Assembly (NCBI RefSeq): GCF_004010195.1
Contig: NC_057755.1
Location: 6,183,474-6,247,473 of the forward strand
Direction: 5' to 3'
Length of the DNA: 64,000 nucleotides
Source: Chiloscyllium plagiosum
Taxonomy: Eukaryota
Shown: piece by piece, positions 1 through 11,827 of the stretch
Layout of the letters: each line of letters opens with the position of its first letter
How positions within the stretch are numbered: the first letter of the stretch is position 1
Position numbers and translations under genes: made by a program
Notes under the pieces: generated by a model
Seen by the model: the letters and a program-made list of their open reading frames with translations, nothing else
Told to the model about the DNA's origin: nothing
The model's database searches: none

Positions 1-1057
1 GTTGAGGCTTTTGCTGCGCTGGTAATAGTGGGTACGAAAAGAGGTTCTGCATATGTGTAAAAGGCTGCTTAGGTGTCTATGAATTGTAACCATAAACGTA
101 CACAGAGTGATTCAGAAACATAAATCGGGAACCAGGTCAGACTTATGCTCAGTTTCAAAGTATTAGCACAGTTATTTTGGTAGATGTGTGCCGGACTTAA
201 AAATAGAAAAAACATGTGAGACATGAAGAGAGATTATTCTGATGGAAGCGTTTAATACCTGACTTCCAGATCTTATAAGAATTCATCTGGATGAACGGAA
301 AATGCGGGTAGTGAGAAGAGCGGCAGAAATGGCAGATGATTATGAAATGACGCAAAAGGTGTAATTTCTGGCATGAATTTCGGCCTATGAGAGAAATTCG
401 GAGAAGGCGAGATTCTTCACCGCAAAGCAAAGTGTAGATGACACTGCTGAGAATATTTGTAGCTCAGGTTGAGGTTCCGGGAAATGGCATGGTAAAACAG
501 GCTAAGACAGTGGGATTGTTGTGTCGTCGTAGTCTTAGCAGACCATAGGAGCAGCTCTCTCATCAGAGGGAAGCGACTGATGGAGATGAACATTGGGCAA
601 GCAGTAGTAAGGAAAGGGACGATGCTGAGAGGGTGTGTCCTTCATAATAACCTCAAACCTGTGATCTAAATTGAGGGCAAGTGTCATTGGGATTATTAAA
701 GATGTTAAAAAATCAAGAAATAATTTACCAGTGAACGCCAATGTAATGGATCATGTAATTGAATTCAATATTACAAGTCTGGAAAAATAAAGTTATCCAA
801 AATTCTGCACATCATGTCTTAACGAGCAGCAAATTCGGTTTACTACAGGCCCTGTGCTTGCTGACCCATAATGACTCCTGATGTGGTTTCATGGTTAAAA
901 CACTATTATTACTGCGATATGGCTTGTACATTAACCTGTAAAATATCTACTGTGAAGATTGGATCCTTGTCGCGATAGATGTCTTGATGTTTATCATCAT
1001 TGCTAACAATACTAAATATTTGCATGTATGTAAAACTGCACATTTATAATTCTGTAC

Positions 1058-1159
1058 CTGCTTTCTTGATAAAACAAATAGATACAAGCTGCAAATAGAC
1101 AATTAGCATTCTTACCGCTAGCATAATGGCAAGCATTAAGAAAAAGGAATAAATTCCCA
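1058..1159 (-). other. Candidate transmembrane exon (speculative)
   Basis: ttgcag|...|gtacag flank a 102-nt, stop-free, phase 1-1 segment reading (V)GIYSFFLMLAIMLAVRMLIVYLQLVSICFIKKA(G). A possible terminal acceptor ttttacag|GT TAA lies at 935. The polypyrimidine tract is weak and no upstream exon was identified. Confidence 0.3.
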
Positions 1160-1229
1160 CTGCAATTTCATTGAAATATCAGGAATTTATGTAATAATGC
1201 AAGAGTTGTGAGGCAAGTAAAATTCACAT

Positions 1230-1520
1230 ACATGTCTTCAAGTCCCATGGCATTGCTCTCCATCAAACCTGCCCACACCGCCAACTTCTCAATTCTCTGA
1301 GAGGATTGTCATCGTCAAATTCTAGCCTGATGTGCATTCTTACTTAAAATTGCTTGCATTGCTGTCGGCCATTTCTTACATTCACCGACGTCACAAGCTC
1401 TGGAACTCTATGCCTCTATTTCTTTGCCTTTCTGTTACTTTCCTCTCTTTGTACCCTTCTTCAATTCTATGTCTTCAACCAAACGTGTTGTAATCTGTCC
1501 CAATAGCTTGAGTCATGAGA
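1230..1520 (+). mobile_element. Degraded L2-like LINE 3' end
   Basis: Resembles L2 3' tails (gtcggccatttc...caagctctggaactc followed by a pyrimidine-rich tract). Recognised by eye only. Confidence 0.3.
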
Positions 1521-2599
1521 ATTATTTTCTAATGTCTTGCAAGAAATTATATAAGTTGCTATTGCGCCAATATGGTGCAAGTGGATTGTCAACTAGGCAA
1601 ATATGGTGTTAAGTGCAGTTTCAAAAGAGAATGGGCCTATTTAGTCTGACAAGTCTTTGCATTTGTGATTATGCTTTGTCATATTCATATGCTATCTCCT
1701 ACTATGATTCAGACATTTGAAAAAAGCACTTGTAAAGAGCAGAATTCGTTAAACGTTTTCTAATTTAGGAATCCAACTAATCACTGCCGAGATCTGATGT
1801 ATTTTGCCAACTATGAATGTGTATGCTTGTAATCAAGAGGATATAGTTTAATTCTGAATAGCAGCTCTTTTTCCTTATCAGTTTGCTACACGTTTATTAA
1901 AACACATATTCTTAAAGAATCACTGTTGATATTATTCAAGAAATTTAGAATAGTCTCTCTAGTTGTAATTTACAGTAGTTAAATACACAAATTGGCGAGT
2001 GTAATAATAAAATAGAAAAGTGAAACTTGTAGTGCAACTCGTGAAGTAGAAGAGCTTGATTACGAGTGCATTCCTCCGATCAGAGCTAAAACATTGCAGA
2101 AAATAAATCTATTTGCAGTACATCTTAGCACCAAACTCAGAATGGGACCCCACTGCAGATTTTGCATTTCTTAATCCTACAGAATATGTCCTTTGAGTGT
2201 CAACCACGGTTCAGTTTTGTTTTGTAAGTACAATAAAATCTGTTCTCGATTGTTTTAAATAACGATATTTCCAACAGACTGAACAAGATTCAAGGTCAAT
2301 CCTTTATGCCTCTTTCAGTCATTCCGACTCATTTGTCTTCACTTCTTCACCTTTTGCTACACAAATTCAAACAAATAATGATATTGTTCAAAGTAAAAAT
2401 GAAAATCAAAATGAAGTACACATCAAAATTAAACACATTAATGTTTAACACTTTCACAACCAAATATTTTTGTGATTCAATATGATACTGCACTTATAAA
2501 TATGCAGGTGATAATCGTTGTCAATTTTCAATGTTTTATGTATCCTTATATCAGAGCAGGTCAAGGAATTATAACAGAACAAATATGATGTGGATGAAC

Positions 2600-4560
2600 T
2601 CAGTGAGAGTGATGCAACGTATTATAAACCTAGGGAAAAAGATCTTGCGGTTTGTTTAACATACACTATAATACTAGTTCATCATTCAAAACAGTACTTG
2701 CTAACCATAATGGATGAAACTACCAGATTTCTAAAGACAATTCTGTTATGGAGTATGAGAGCAAAGACAGTGGTGGAGGAGTTAGTAGCCTAACTCCTCC
2801 AATACCTTCGTCCTCCAAAACTCCTTGGTCGCCAATACCAGTTACCTGGTATTGGCGACCAAGAGCAATTCAGTCAGACCAAGGTTCTAATTTTACTGCT
2901 GGGGTGTTTAACGAAACCTTGTGTCGCTCAGGCAGACAGCACTTTAAATCAAGTCCGTACGATCTTGAATCGCACAGAACGTTGGAAAGGTGGTATTAGA
3001 ACCTGAAGACCATGTTGAGAGTGAACTGTCAGAATTACACGAATGGTTGGGGTAAAGGTGTCCCAATTCTACTGTTTACCATCGAGATGTCCCAAATGAA
3101 TCTACTCCATTTACTTGCTTTGAGTTATTCGAACATGAAGTGGAGGGACTTTGAAATTAATTACAGAAAAATTGACAGCGGAGAAGTCAGAGATCTCAGA
3201 TTTGGATTGTGTATCTGAGGTAAGGGAGAGATTAAATCGGGTAGGTGATTTAGATAAACAGCACCTGAAGCGGGCCCAGCATAGAATGAAACGGAAGCCA
3301 AATTAAAACTGTAAAATTTGGATCTTTTCCTGTTAACATTAGTAGGAGATCCACTGAAAGTCAGGTTTAGTCGTCTCTATCAAATTTAGAAGATAAAAAG
3401 ATTCCGGTACAATATCTATTAAGTATGCCGATTAGAAAAAGCAAAGCCATATCGGGTATGTCAAGCGAATATTTTGAAAATTTACGATATTAGAAACAGA
3501 TACATGTAAAAACATGTGCAAGTTACTGCCCCACATTGTGAGGAATCAAATCTGGGTTTTTCAGAGTTTGATATTTCTCAAAATGCGTTATAAAATGAGG
3601 CGGTACTTGTGGAGAGTGATAGGTTACTGTGTCAGGAGCAAAGAAGCGAGTTGAATGATTTGCTGCAGCAGTATGGAGATACATGCAGGAATAAGATGTG
3701 GAGAACCAATGTGGCAGTAGGGAATCCTGTTTCGACAAAACAACACAGGCTTAATGCTCTCAAATGCTGTCAAAGCCACCAAGGTCCAGAAGGAATTGGA
3801 TGGGATGCTAAACGAAGATATCATCGAATTAAGTCAGAATGAGTGGAATTTGCTGATTGAATTGGTTCCAAACCTGACGGGGCGCAATGATTTTGTGTGG
3901 ACTATCTGAAGATCAACGTTGGAACAAAATCAGACTGTTATCCAATAGCAAGTTTGGTGGACTGTATAGAGAACGTTGGGCAAGCGACTTTCGACAAGCT
4001 ACTATACAAAGTGGTGCTGTTTGCAATGATGAATGCACCAGACACATTACAAACACTCATGCAGAGAGTTGTGACAGGATGAACAAATTGTGCATTTTAT
4101 CTGGTTGATGTACTCATCTTTAGCGAATCATGGAAAGATCACATGATTCAGTTGACAGAGCTCTTTGAATGATTACGACAAGCAAAACAGTTATTAAAGT
4201 TAAGGAAAATAGAATTTGCAAAGCCAGAGGTGACGTTTGTGGGACATACTATCGGTCACGTAAGGTGATGACAGAAGGATGATGATGGAATTGAGCGGCT
4301 GACTGGTTGCTTTTGAAAGAAACTCAAAATCCATTATTGTGTTTGGTACTGTCTGTACAACATTTTAATGTTTATGTGATAAACGATGTGTTGGTCACGA
4401 TTGCGTATCCGGAGAACAATCCTATTAAATTCTTGGAACGATTTAAAGACAAAAATACGCGACAATTTCGATGGAGTCTTGTATTACAGACTTTCAATTT
4501 ATAAATTTCACATGTTGCGGGTCATAAAAATGTGATAGCAGATCATTATCACGGATATAA
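2600..4560 (+). mobile_element. Degraded Ty3/Gypsy LTR retrotransposon pol, Gmr1-like order (IN-RT-RH)
   Basis: Integrase motifs YLLTIMDETTRF, IQSDQGSNF and SSPYD..TLERW (2690-3100) come first. RT motifs LVPKPDG, FCVDYLKIN, MMNAPDT and YLVDVLIFS (3860-4250) follow, then RNase H motifs QHFNVY, NPIKFL and RWSLVLQ..HVAGHKNVIAD (4310-4550). Many stops and frameshifts. Confidence 0.85.
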
Positions 4561-4700
4561 TGGAAAGTGTGTGGATAATTTTAATAATGCTGCTTCTTTA
4601 ACAAAGTAATATTGTCCTTGCTTTCCAAAATATCTGAGTTTGGAAGCTTTAAGGGCAATTTTCAGTATAGCTTACACATACTGCCTCAGGTAAAATGGTT

Positions 4701-5586
4701 TTAAGTTAAAAAAAAATCACATGTAAAATGAAAAGGAATGGTCAGTTTATGTAGTTCTGCCCTAAATTTTGTTTGGATCATTGCATAGATGCACGTGTTT
4801 GTGTAAGAACTCAAGTCGGTCAACAGATGCCCAGTCTCATGGACAATGTATACAGAGATAGTACAGTGTATTTGATCAAGCACGAAGTGTTGATCAAGAA
4901 ACTCACTGTAGATGTCGTATTCTGCAATATAAAACGGCCCGCCGCCATGAAGAGCAAAATAATCGATTTTTTTTCGGCTTTTCATCCCTGGTCACTCTGA
5001 TTTATAACATTCTGAACCCGAAGTCTCCAGCGACCATTCCTGCTCATTACGATGTCTCTGGCAGTCATACCATTAAGTAGTAATATCAAAATGAAAGGAA
5101 TCCATGAAACTAAAGTATTTTGCAACTTGGAGTACATTGCACCTACAGGTGTTGTGAGAAACATGACATTGGGACAGTGTCCCCATTGAATATTGTTAAT
5201 TGTGTATTTATGGTCATATACAAACCAAAAAAGGATGTTCTCTAGATATACCAACATCGCCATTAATATTACGACCATGGTTGCAGTTCCCACTGTGCCA
5301 TGCTTGTTATTGAGTTTGCGACAGCATATAGCTATAAATCGGTGAAACGTGAAGTAGACTGTGTACCATACTGACAGATAGACATTGGAGCAGGTAACAT
5401 ACAATGTAAGGTTTATAACCACGGTGAGGAATGATTGTGGAAATTGTTTGTTCAAAATTTGCAGTACAATATCATTACTGAGCTTGACCAGCAGATCTAC
5501 TGTCGCCCTGGCCAGCATGTAGAGTGAAGTGCATTTCGAAAGGCCACAAGTTCCTGTTGAGAGAATCACAGTTGCAAGGAGATTTG
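4701..5586 (-). pseudogene. GPR139/GPR142-like GPCR pseudogene (copy 1), exon 2
   Basis: Acceptor ttcttacag|CA AAT CTC (ANLLATVILSTGTCGLSKC). Family motifs FTFHRFIAICC, MKSRKK and TNTCIYAMIQTKFR are present. Frameshifts occur around 4985-4965 and further downstream, and DRF is changed to HRF. Confidence 0.9.
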
Positions 5587-5732
5587 CTGTAAGAATGGAA
5601 GAAAAGATGGATGAGTCAGAGAACAGAGAAATGTTTGTAAGCTGATGACCCATTAACATTGCTACCAGTTTATTATTCCAGAAACCCAAGTAATATTCTG
5701 GGGATCTGGCTTCCAATCTAAATTCACAATCT

Positions 5733-6080
5733 AGCATGGCATAGTTCCACAGTGGTTAATGCTGCTGCTTCACAACGCCTGGGTGTATAGCTCTATTCCA
5801 CCCTCGGGTGACTAACAGTTTGGAATTGGCACAGGTACCCTGATTCTGCGTGGGTTTGTTCTCAGAGTGCTCTGCTTTCCTCCCATAGTCCAAAAATGTG
5901 CTGCTCAGGTGAATTGACCATAATCACAACATCCGCGCATGTGCAGTCAGTTTGGATTAACAATGTGAAATGCAGTGTCCCAGGGATTGGGGGGAGGGGC
6001 CTAGGTTGAATGCGCCTCAATGGTTCAGTGTGGATTGGATGGGCCGAATGGTTTACATTCGCTCTGTAGGAATTCTATGA
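5733..6080 (+). mobile_element. HE1-type tRNA-derived V-SINE
   Basis: tRNA-like head (cagtggttaatgctgctgcttcac...), V-domain ctgcgtgggttt...tttcctcccatagtccaaaaatgtgc, and a CR1-type tail (gggccgaatgg...ttctatgatt). Lies in the intron of GPCR copy 1. Confidence 0.8.
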
Positions 6081-6794
6081 TTTGAAGCCATGTGGGAAAA
6101 GATTTGATGTGATAAAACAATTCTGAAAAGATAGTCTTGTCTGCGACGATTATTTTTCTGCAGTGAGTCAATGAAGAGATTCCACAGCCGAATTCACATC
6201 TTGCTGTTGTGTATGCACCTACAGAACAGGAACAAAAACAGTGCATTCGCCCCTCGAGCCTGTTGTGCCATTCAATAAGATAATCATCTTCTGTTTATAT
6301 TTTGGATTCCACACTCCTATCGACCCCAAATAACCCACGATTTCCTGACCATACAAAACATTTTCAACACTGATCTGGAAAATGTTTAAGGATTGTGATT
6401 CCACCACCTTCCGAGGAAGTGTAATCCAAATGCGTAAGACCATCAGACAGAGACCAAAAAGGAAGCTCGAATCTTTGTCTTAAAGGGGGAGACCCACAAT
6501 TGAAACAGTGCAAACCGAGATTAGAAAGCGCATCACCACACAACAAGAGGGATGCGATTCTACTGCTCATCCCAAAGTGAAGTTAATGCTCGATCCGTTG
6601 TTCAGTTTAAATCAGAAGTTGACAATTTTATGAAACAAGGGCATGCAGGGATCTATGCCAAAGGCAATTCAATGGATTTACTTAACAGGTCTGCCATTAT
6701 GTCATTGAACAGTAGAAGAGGCTCGAGGGGCTGAATTACCTCTTGATTGGGGGGGTGTATTCGACTCCAAATAATAGTCAACAGAATATATAAT

Positions 6795-6932
6795 TTAAAA
6801 AAACTTGTGGAGGCAGGAGATCTAAAACAAACGGAAACACAAAGAGCTGAAGAAACTCAGCAGGTCTGACAGTATCTGTGAGGGAATGGAGAAACATTGT
6901 TAACATTTCTATTCCAGTGATCCTTCTTCAAA
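6795..6932 (-). mobile_element. Penelope-like terminal fragment
   Basis: The common terminal motif gaaactcagcaggtctg...gttaacatttc...ccttcttca, with a degraded hammerhead-like core on the minus strand. Confidence 0.45.
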
Positions 6933-6938
6933 GTATAC

Positions 6939-7007
6939 CTGGCACACTAAAGGCAGCGAGTACTGGGTAGAAGATATTCTTTATGTGAAAATGATCGGCA
7001 GCATCAT
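6939..7007 (-). pseudogene. GPR139/GPR142-like pseudogene (copy 1), exon 1
   Basis: Reads ATG ATG CTG CCG ATC ATT TTC, then a -1 frameshift, then IKNIFYPVLAAFSVP G|gtatac. This matches exon 1 of the intact copies (YYPILAAIGII G|gt). Its length of 69 nt is one base short of phase 1. Confidence 0.8.
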
Positions 7008-7430
7008 TCTTTCGAAGAATGTTCAAGTTCTCCCTCGTTTATCTTTTCACTGAGGATGGATTGGAAACACACAATGGCTTTCATTTCGAACACCGTTGAT
7101 GAGCAAGCGGGAATCTCGTCTGCATAAAGTTAGTCCTTAATTACTCAATTAACAGGTAGTGCCATTCAGAAAGAATCCGGTGGAAATATTGTCCATGTCA
7201 TCATTGCAAAATAAAGTCAGGACAAGGTATCGTGTCAAAGTGCAAGAGATTGAAGGTTCAAAAGAGACAGGGTGAGTGAGAGAGTGAAACGTGAGTGTGT
7301 GCGAGAGAGAAAGAAAGAGAGACAGAGGTTATCATAATTAAGTTAGGAGAAACAAAATCGGGAAACTGTCAGCAATAATGCTGTCAACTCTCACACTGTG
7401 ACTTCATCTCAAGATCGCAAATTATTATTA

Positions 7431-7690
7431 CTGACACATCGCTGACCACACTCTTCTTGTCACTCTTAATTCAGCGACATCACGGATCTCACTCTTATTG
7501 CCTCTGTCCATCCTGATACATCGTTGATATCACTCTTGCTGTCACCCCTCACTGAGAAACACAAATGACCACACTCTTCTTCTCACTCTCCATTCTGATA
7601 CGTCACTGACCTTTAGCATATGATCACTGTTCATTCAGATACATCACTGGCCTCCTACTCATTGTCATTGTCCTCGCAAATACATCACTG
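7431..7690. repeat. Degenerate ~41-bp minisatellite (~6 copies)
   Basis: A unit like ctgatacatcactgaccacactcttcttgtcactc recurs near 7431, 7472, 7513, 7552, 7595, 7636 and 7676. Confidence 0.75.
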
Positions 7691-7949
7691 AATATGAGAT
7701 AAAATGCATCAGGAAATGGTGTTATGATCGCGGTCAATTCTGACAATATATTTGCAAATTAATAGCAAAACGGTAATGAGTTTATTGAGATTTACATCAG
7801 GAAAATGCAAAGTAAGGTACTCAATTAAGCTAAGAATATGACGGAGATACTAAATGATAACATTTTTCTGGCTTAATTAAGTTAGAAGATAGTGACAAGG
7901 CGAGGTTGAACATTTGGGCGTTAAAAACTCTGAGCATTAGAGCAATAGA

Positions 7950-9345
7950 CAAATGAGTGGTGTTAGAAATGTTTGCACCATTGTGGGATAGAGACGCCAC
8001 CAGCAGCAGTTGGGATACATCGAAATTGCTGAGTGTGTTAAGGGAGCAAATCGCAGTGCTATTGCCAGAAACTTTCCAGGTCCTTAGAAGTGTCGTGAGG
8101 AACCACAGGATGGCAAAGGTAACATTGTACGTTCAGAAAGTGGTAGGATAATCCAGCAAACTGTGAACGTTCCAACCTGATATCAAGAATGCGAAAATTG
8201 ATGGAGGGCATAAACGAGATAAGGTACACTGAGATAAAAAACCGTTAAGGGCACATTTCCACAAGACAGAGTCAAGGGCACAACATGCCTGATAAATGTT
8301 ATTGAGTTCTCTGGCGAAGTGACGCAATGTATGATGTTCTATGTTTGGATTTTTAGGAAGCATTCAATATATTACACATGATAGATTCTTCAGCGAATTA
8401 TAAAATGTTTCATGTTGATGCGCCCTTGCCAGCATGGAATAAAATTTGGCTAAGAGATAGGCAACAATGCCCTGATAGAAAAGGGGATTTCTCAGACTGA
8501 AAAAAAAATGAAAGTGGTGATCACTGGAAATCCGCGTTGTGACCCTTACTTTTTCTGATTTTGCTAAATGATTTGGAGATGAGTGTTCAGGGTTAAATTT
8601 CGAAATTTGCAAATGACGCTACGCTCAGGAGAATGGCAAATTATGAGAATGATGCTGATCGACTTCGGAGGGACAATGACAGGTTGGTGAAATGGGCAAA
8701 CACTTGGCACTTGAAATTCAGTGCAGAGAAATTTGAAGTATTAGACTTCGGAGAAGAAACTGGAAGAGACGATACAGATTGTATGGTAAAACAAATTGAG
8801 GAGCAGAGATATCTTGGGGCTCACATACATGATTCTCCGAGAATGACCAGGCAAGGTCAACTTCACAAAGTGAAAGAGATATTAAGAAAATTTCTAAGTT
8901 CCCTGGATGTATAAATAACGTCACAGAGTAGAATAAACAAGGAAGTGATGCTACACTTCTACAAAGCATTGGTCACACCATAGTTGAAGTGTTGTGTTCA
9001 GTTCTGGACACTTTATTCAAGGAAGCATCTTCAAGCGCTGGATGTAAGTCAAATAAAATTCAATGGAATTAAACCAGGGATACAGGGTTTAAGATACGTG
9101 TAGTGACCAGAGAGATTGAACGCATTGTCCTTGGAGCAAAGAAAATTAAGAAGAGACCTTACTGAGTTGTTCAAACTTACGAGCAATTTTGACAGGGTAA
9201 AGAAGTATAATCTATTTCCAACAATTGGCATCTGAGTAAGTGGGGATCAAAATTTCATGATTGTGAGCAAGGGAGCTGGGACTGAGATGAGAAGAAACTT
9301 CTTTTCTCAGAGAGTTGTTCTGATTTGGAATGTTCTGCCTTCCAA
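7950..9345 (+). mobile_element. Old CR1 LINE ORF2 (RT) remnant
   Basis: CR1 RT motifs KFANDA, DRLVKWANTWHLKFSAEK, EEQRYLG and CVQFW, plus the 3' motif RRNFFSQRVVLIWNVLP. Confidence 0.8.
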
Positions 9346-9919
9346 ACCCACAATCGCTTCCATTTGGAAGGTCAAGAACTCCAGTCATATAGGAAAGCAC
9401 CGCCATCATGCTCTCCTGTCAACCACTCACCAGCCTGACTTGGAAATATGTCAGTGTTCCTTCAGTGTTGCTTGTTCAAAATCCTGCAATTTCCTCTCGA
9501 AGGACAATGGGAGTCTAAGTACCTTACATGAACTGTAGTGGAATTAGAATCAACTCACCACTATGTTAAATGGGTACTATTGACGGCAAATAATTATTGA
9601 CCCGTGACTGATTGATAAAGATGTGTTACTTATCCCATGAATGAAAACAAAAGGCAGGCTGGTGACAGGCTTGCTGGTGAGACGCTTGTAGGGGCAGTTT
9701 GACGATGTTTGAATGTATTTGATGCCTTGTGCTTTGAGTTGGTGGAAACTTGTAAGGTTCTGTCGAAGGAAGTCTGACTGATGTTGCACTCCGCTACTTC
9801 TTGTGCATCAGGAGTGAATTGTTCAGCCAGCAGAGATGACTTGGTTAGAACCAAGAATCTTCCTCCACATCTGGCTTTAGCACGTCCCCAAATTACGTTT
9901 GGTCGAATTGATTACAATT

Positions 9920-9990
9920 TCACACTGACAAATACACACACGCACACTCACGCACAAGCAAACACAAACACACACACACACTCACACACA
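9920..9990. repeat. (CA)n-rich microsatellite
   Basis: Imperfect CA run. Confidence 0.9.
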
Positions 9991-10019
9991 GTTGCAGACT
10001 CTTGCTGAAGCATACACTT

Positions 10020-10745
10020 TGTTCTGAGGATGTGGGTGTACCTTTAAGGGAGTTAAAAACAGCAGAACCACCGGACAGAAAACAAAGTGTTCTCAATAAG
10101 GCAACAATGTAACAGTGGGTCGAACAACTCGATTAGTTCTTTGCCTGGAGACATAAACAAATTTTAATTCAAATTGAACAATCAGTTTACATTATACTCC
10201 CCTTCTTCTTCACCCCCCCAAAACAAAAATTCCAATCAAGTCCAAGTTGAGTATATTGGCAAAATGAAACGCCAATGACACGATCAGATGTTATGGGATA
10301 TAAGACTCGGGGAAATTGAAGAGTTGAGAAGTGAACTGCCAATTCATAGCATGTAACAGACTGCTTGAACAACTATCATTCTTGAACGTACCTTTTCAAT
10401 CAGTAACTGGTGATGCAAAAATTCCTAACAAGAAGAAAAGCAGGTATGGGGAGATCTGAAGGAAAGAACCTACAGCTGCCTGGTTTTGAGAGATGAAGTG
10501 TTGTTTTGTAAACCTTATTTGGGTATTTTATTGGACGAGTATTATAGGAGGGAAGGTAAAAGATAGGTTAGGGAAAGAAATTGAAAATTGTAGTCAGTTA
10601 AGTATTCACTGTTATACTTTAAGAAATAAAGTTGTTAATTTTTACTTTCCTTACTCTTGGCCACTCAAGTTTTTTACAGATTACTGCATGGGATAAATCT
10701 TTTCTGTGTTGCTGGTTTTAAATTAAGCAGGGGAGTTTACTCCAT
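10020..10745 (+). mobile_element. Probable solo LTR
   Basis: Starts with tgt...gatgtgggtgtacctttaag, has TATAA at ~10298 and AATAAA at ~10625, and is non-coding. It resembles shark Gypsy LTRs, but the 3' terminus and a TSD are not clear. Confidence 0.45.
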
Positions 10746-11827
10746 GTTCGGCGCAAAGATTTTCCTTTGTTGGGTTTACCATGTGCTATCGCCATGTCTG
10801 CTGCGTGCTCCCACGATCAGCTGACGGCCAGCAGTCATCGCCACAAACCACTTTTGGACCTTCAAACCATTCATCATTGCACTGCATTGCAAACACTGTT
10901 GACCTTCCTCGAAAGTGTTCAAGTGGAAGCTGGCAACATCTCTCCAATATCCACTGAAATGATTTTACACTAAATACTGCTCCAGGTCTCTGCCGTTAAC
11001 TGAATGATTCCTCACATTGGAGTTGTATCCGTTAGGAAGCAGATCTATAATAAACTTGTTAGTTTTAACCACACCATTGCCAGTGACTGTTTTCCTTCTG
11101 CCATCTGCATAAACGGTCAAAGTTCTCTTGAACAGGAAAGAGGGTGTGTCTCAGCAGAAATATTTCTCTACATCTTCAGTAATCATTTTACATCCTGCAT
11201 TGTCATCAGATTCCTCTTGTACATATATTTCTCATCAATCTGTTCAGAGATTTACAACAAACCTCTTGAGAAGGTGGCAAAAGAACCCATGTCTCCTGAC
11301 TGAGAGGGAGGGACACAACCTCTTCCCCTCAAAACCACAGGAGCTTCTTGGAACTACCACGAATTAAACAAGAACAATTTCCCATCAAATTGTAACTTTC
11401 TCACAGTTCAGTTGTTTAACCATTCACCAGGAGGTAACCAATCATCCAGTCTAAACAAAAGGTGAATCAAACTTTGAGCAGAAATTTGAAATATGAGATG
11501 GAGAGCTTGGGGGCAGGATTGCACGGAATAAGAAATGGCGTAGAAATAAAACGAATGCGAGAGAAAAGACAGAGAAAATACAGAGAAGGAAAAAGCGAAA
11601 AGAGAGGGAGACAGAATTGAAGAGTGGGCGAAAGAGTACAGGTGAATGCAGCTATTTTGTAAAAATGTAACAAAAATAAATGAACAAAGTCGGCAAGCTT
11701 AGTAAGTTTGAGACGAATGGACAATGATAAAACTATAATATATTTGATCACTTTATTTATAATTTTAGCAAGAGTTATACAAATGAATATGTTTATTTCA
11801 AAATTGACTACAAGTGCACACTGCTGA

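Noticed and set aside
1..740. Possible old Penelope remnants at the window start
   Set aside because: Only short resemblances (for example cctgagctacaaat on the minus strand near 460); boundaries and family could not be supported.
2100..2215. Minus-strand peptide TQRTYSVG...FGAKMYCK resembling an Ig C1 domain end
   Set aside because: It is bounded by stops, has no first Cys/Trp or splice sites, and is too weak to link to the TM exon candidate.
5587..5737. N-terminal part of the 251-aa ORF 4982..5737 (MLDCEFRLEARS...)
   Set aside because: It is intron read-through upstream of the acceptor at 5587; the real exon 1 is at 6939-7007.
5733..5810. tRNA gene
   Set aside because: It is the degraded tRNA-derived head of a SINE and continues into SINE body and tail.
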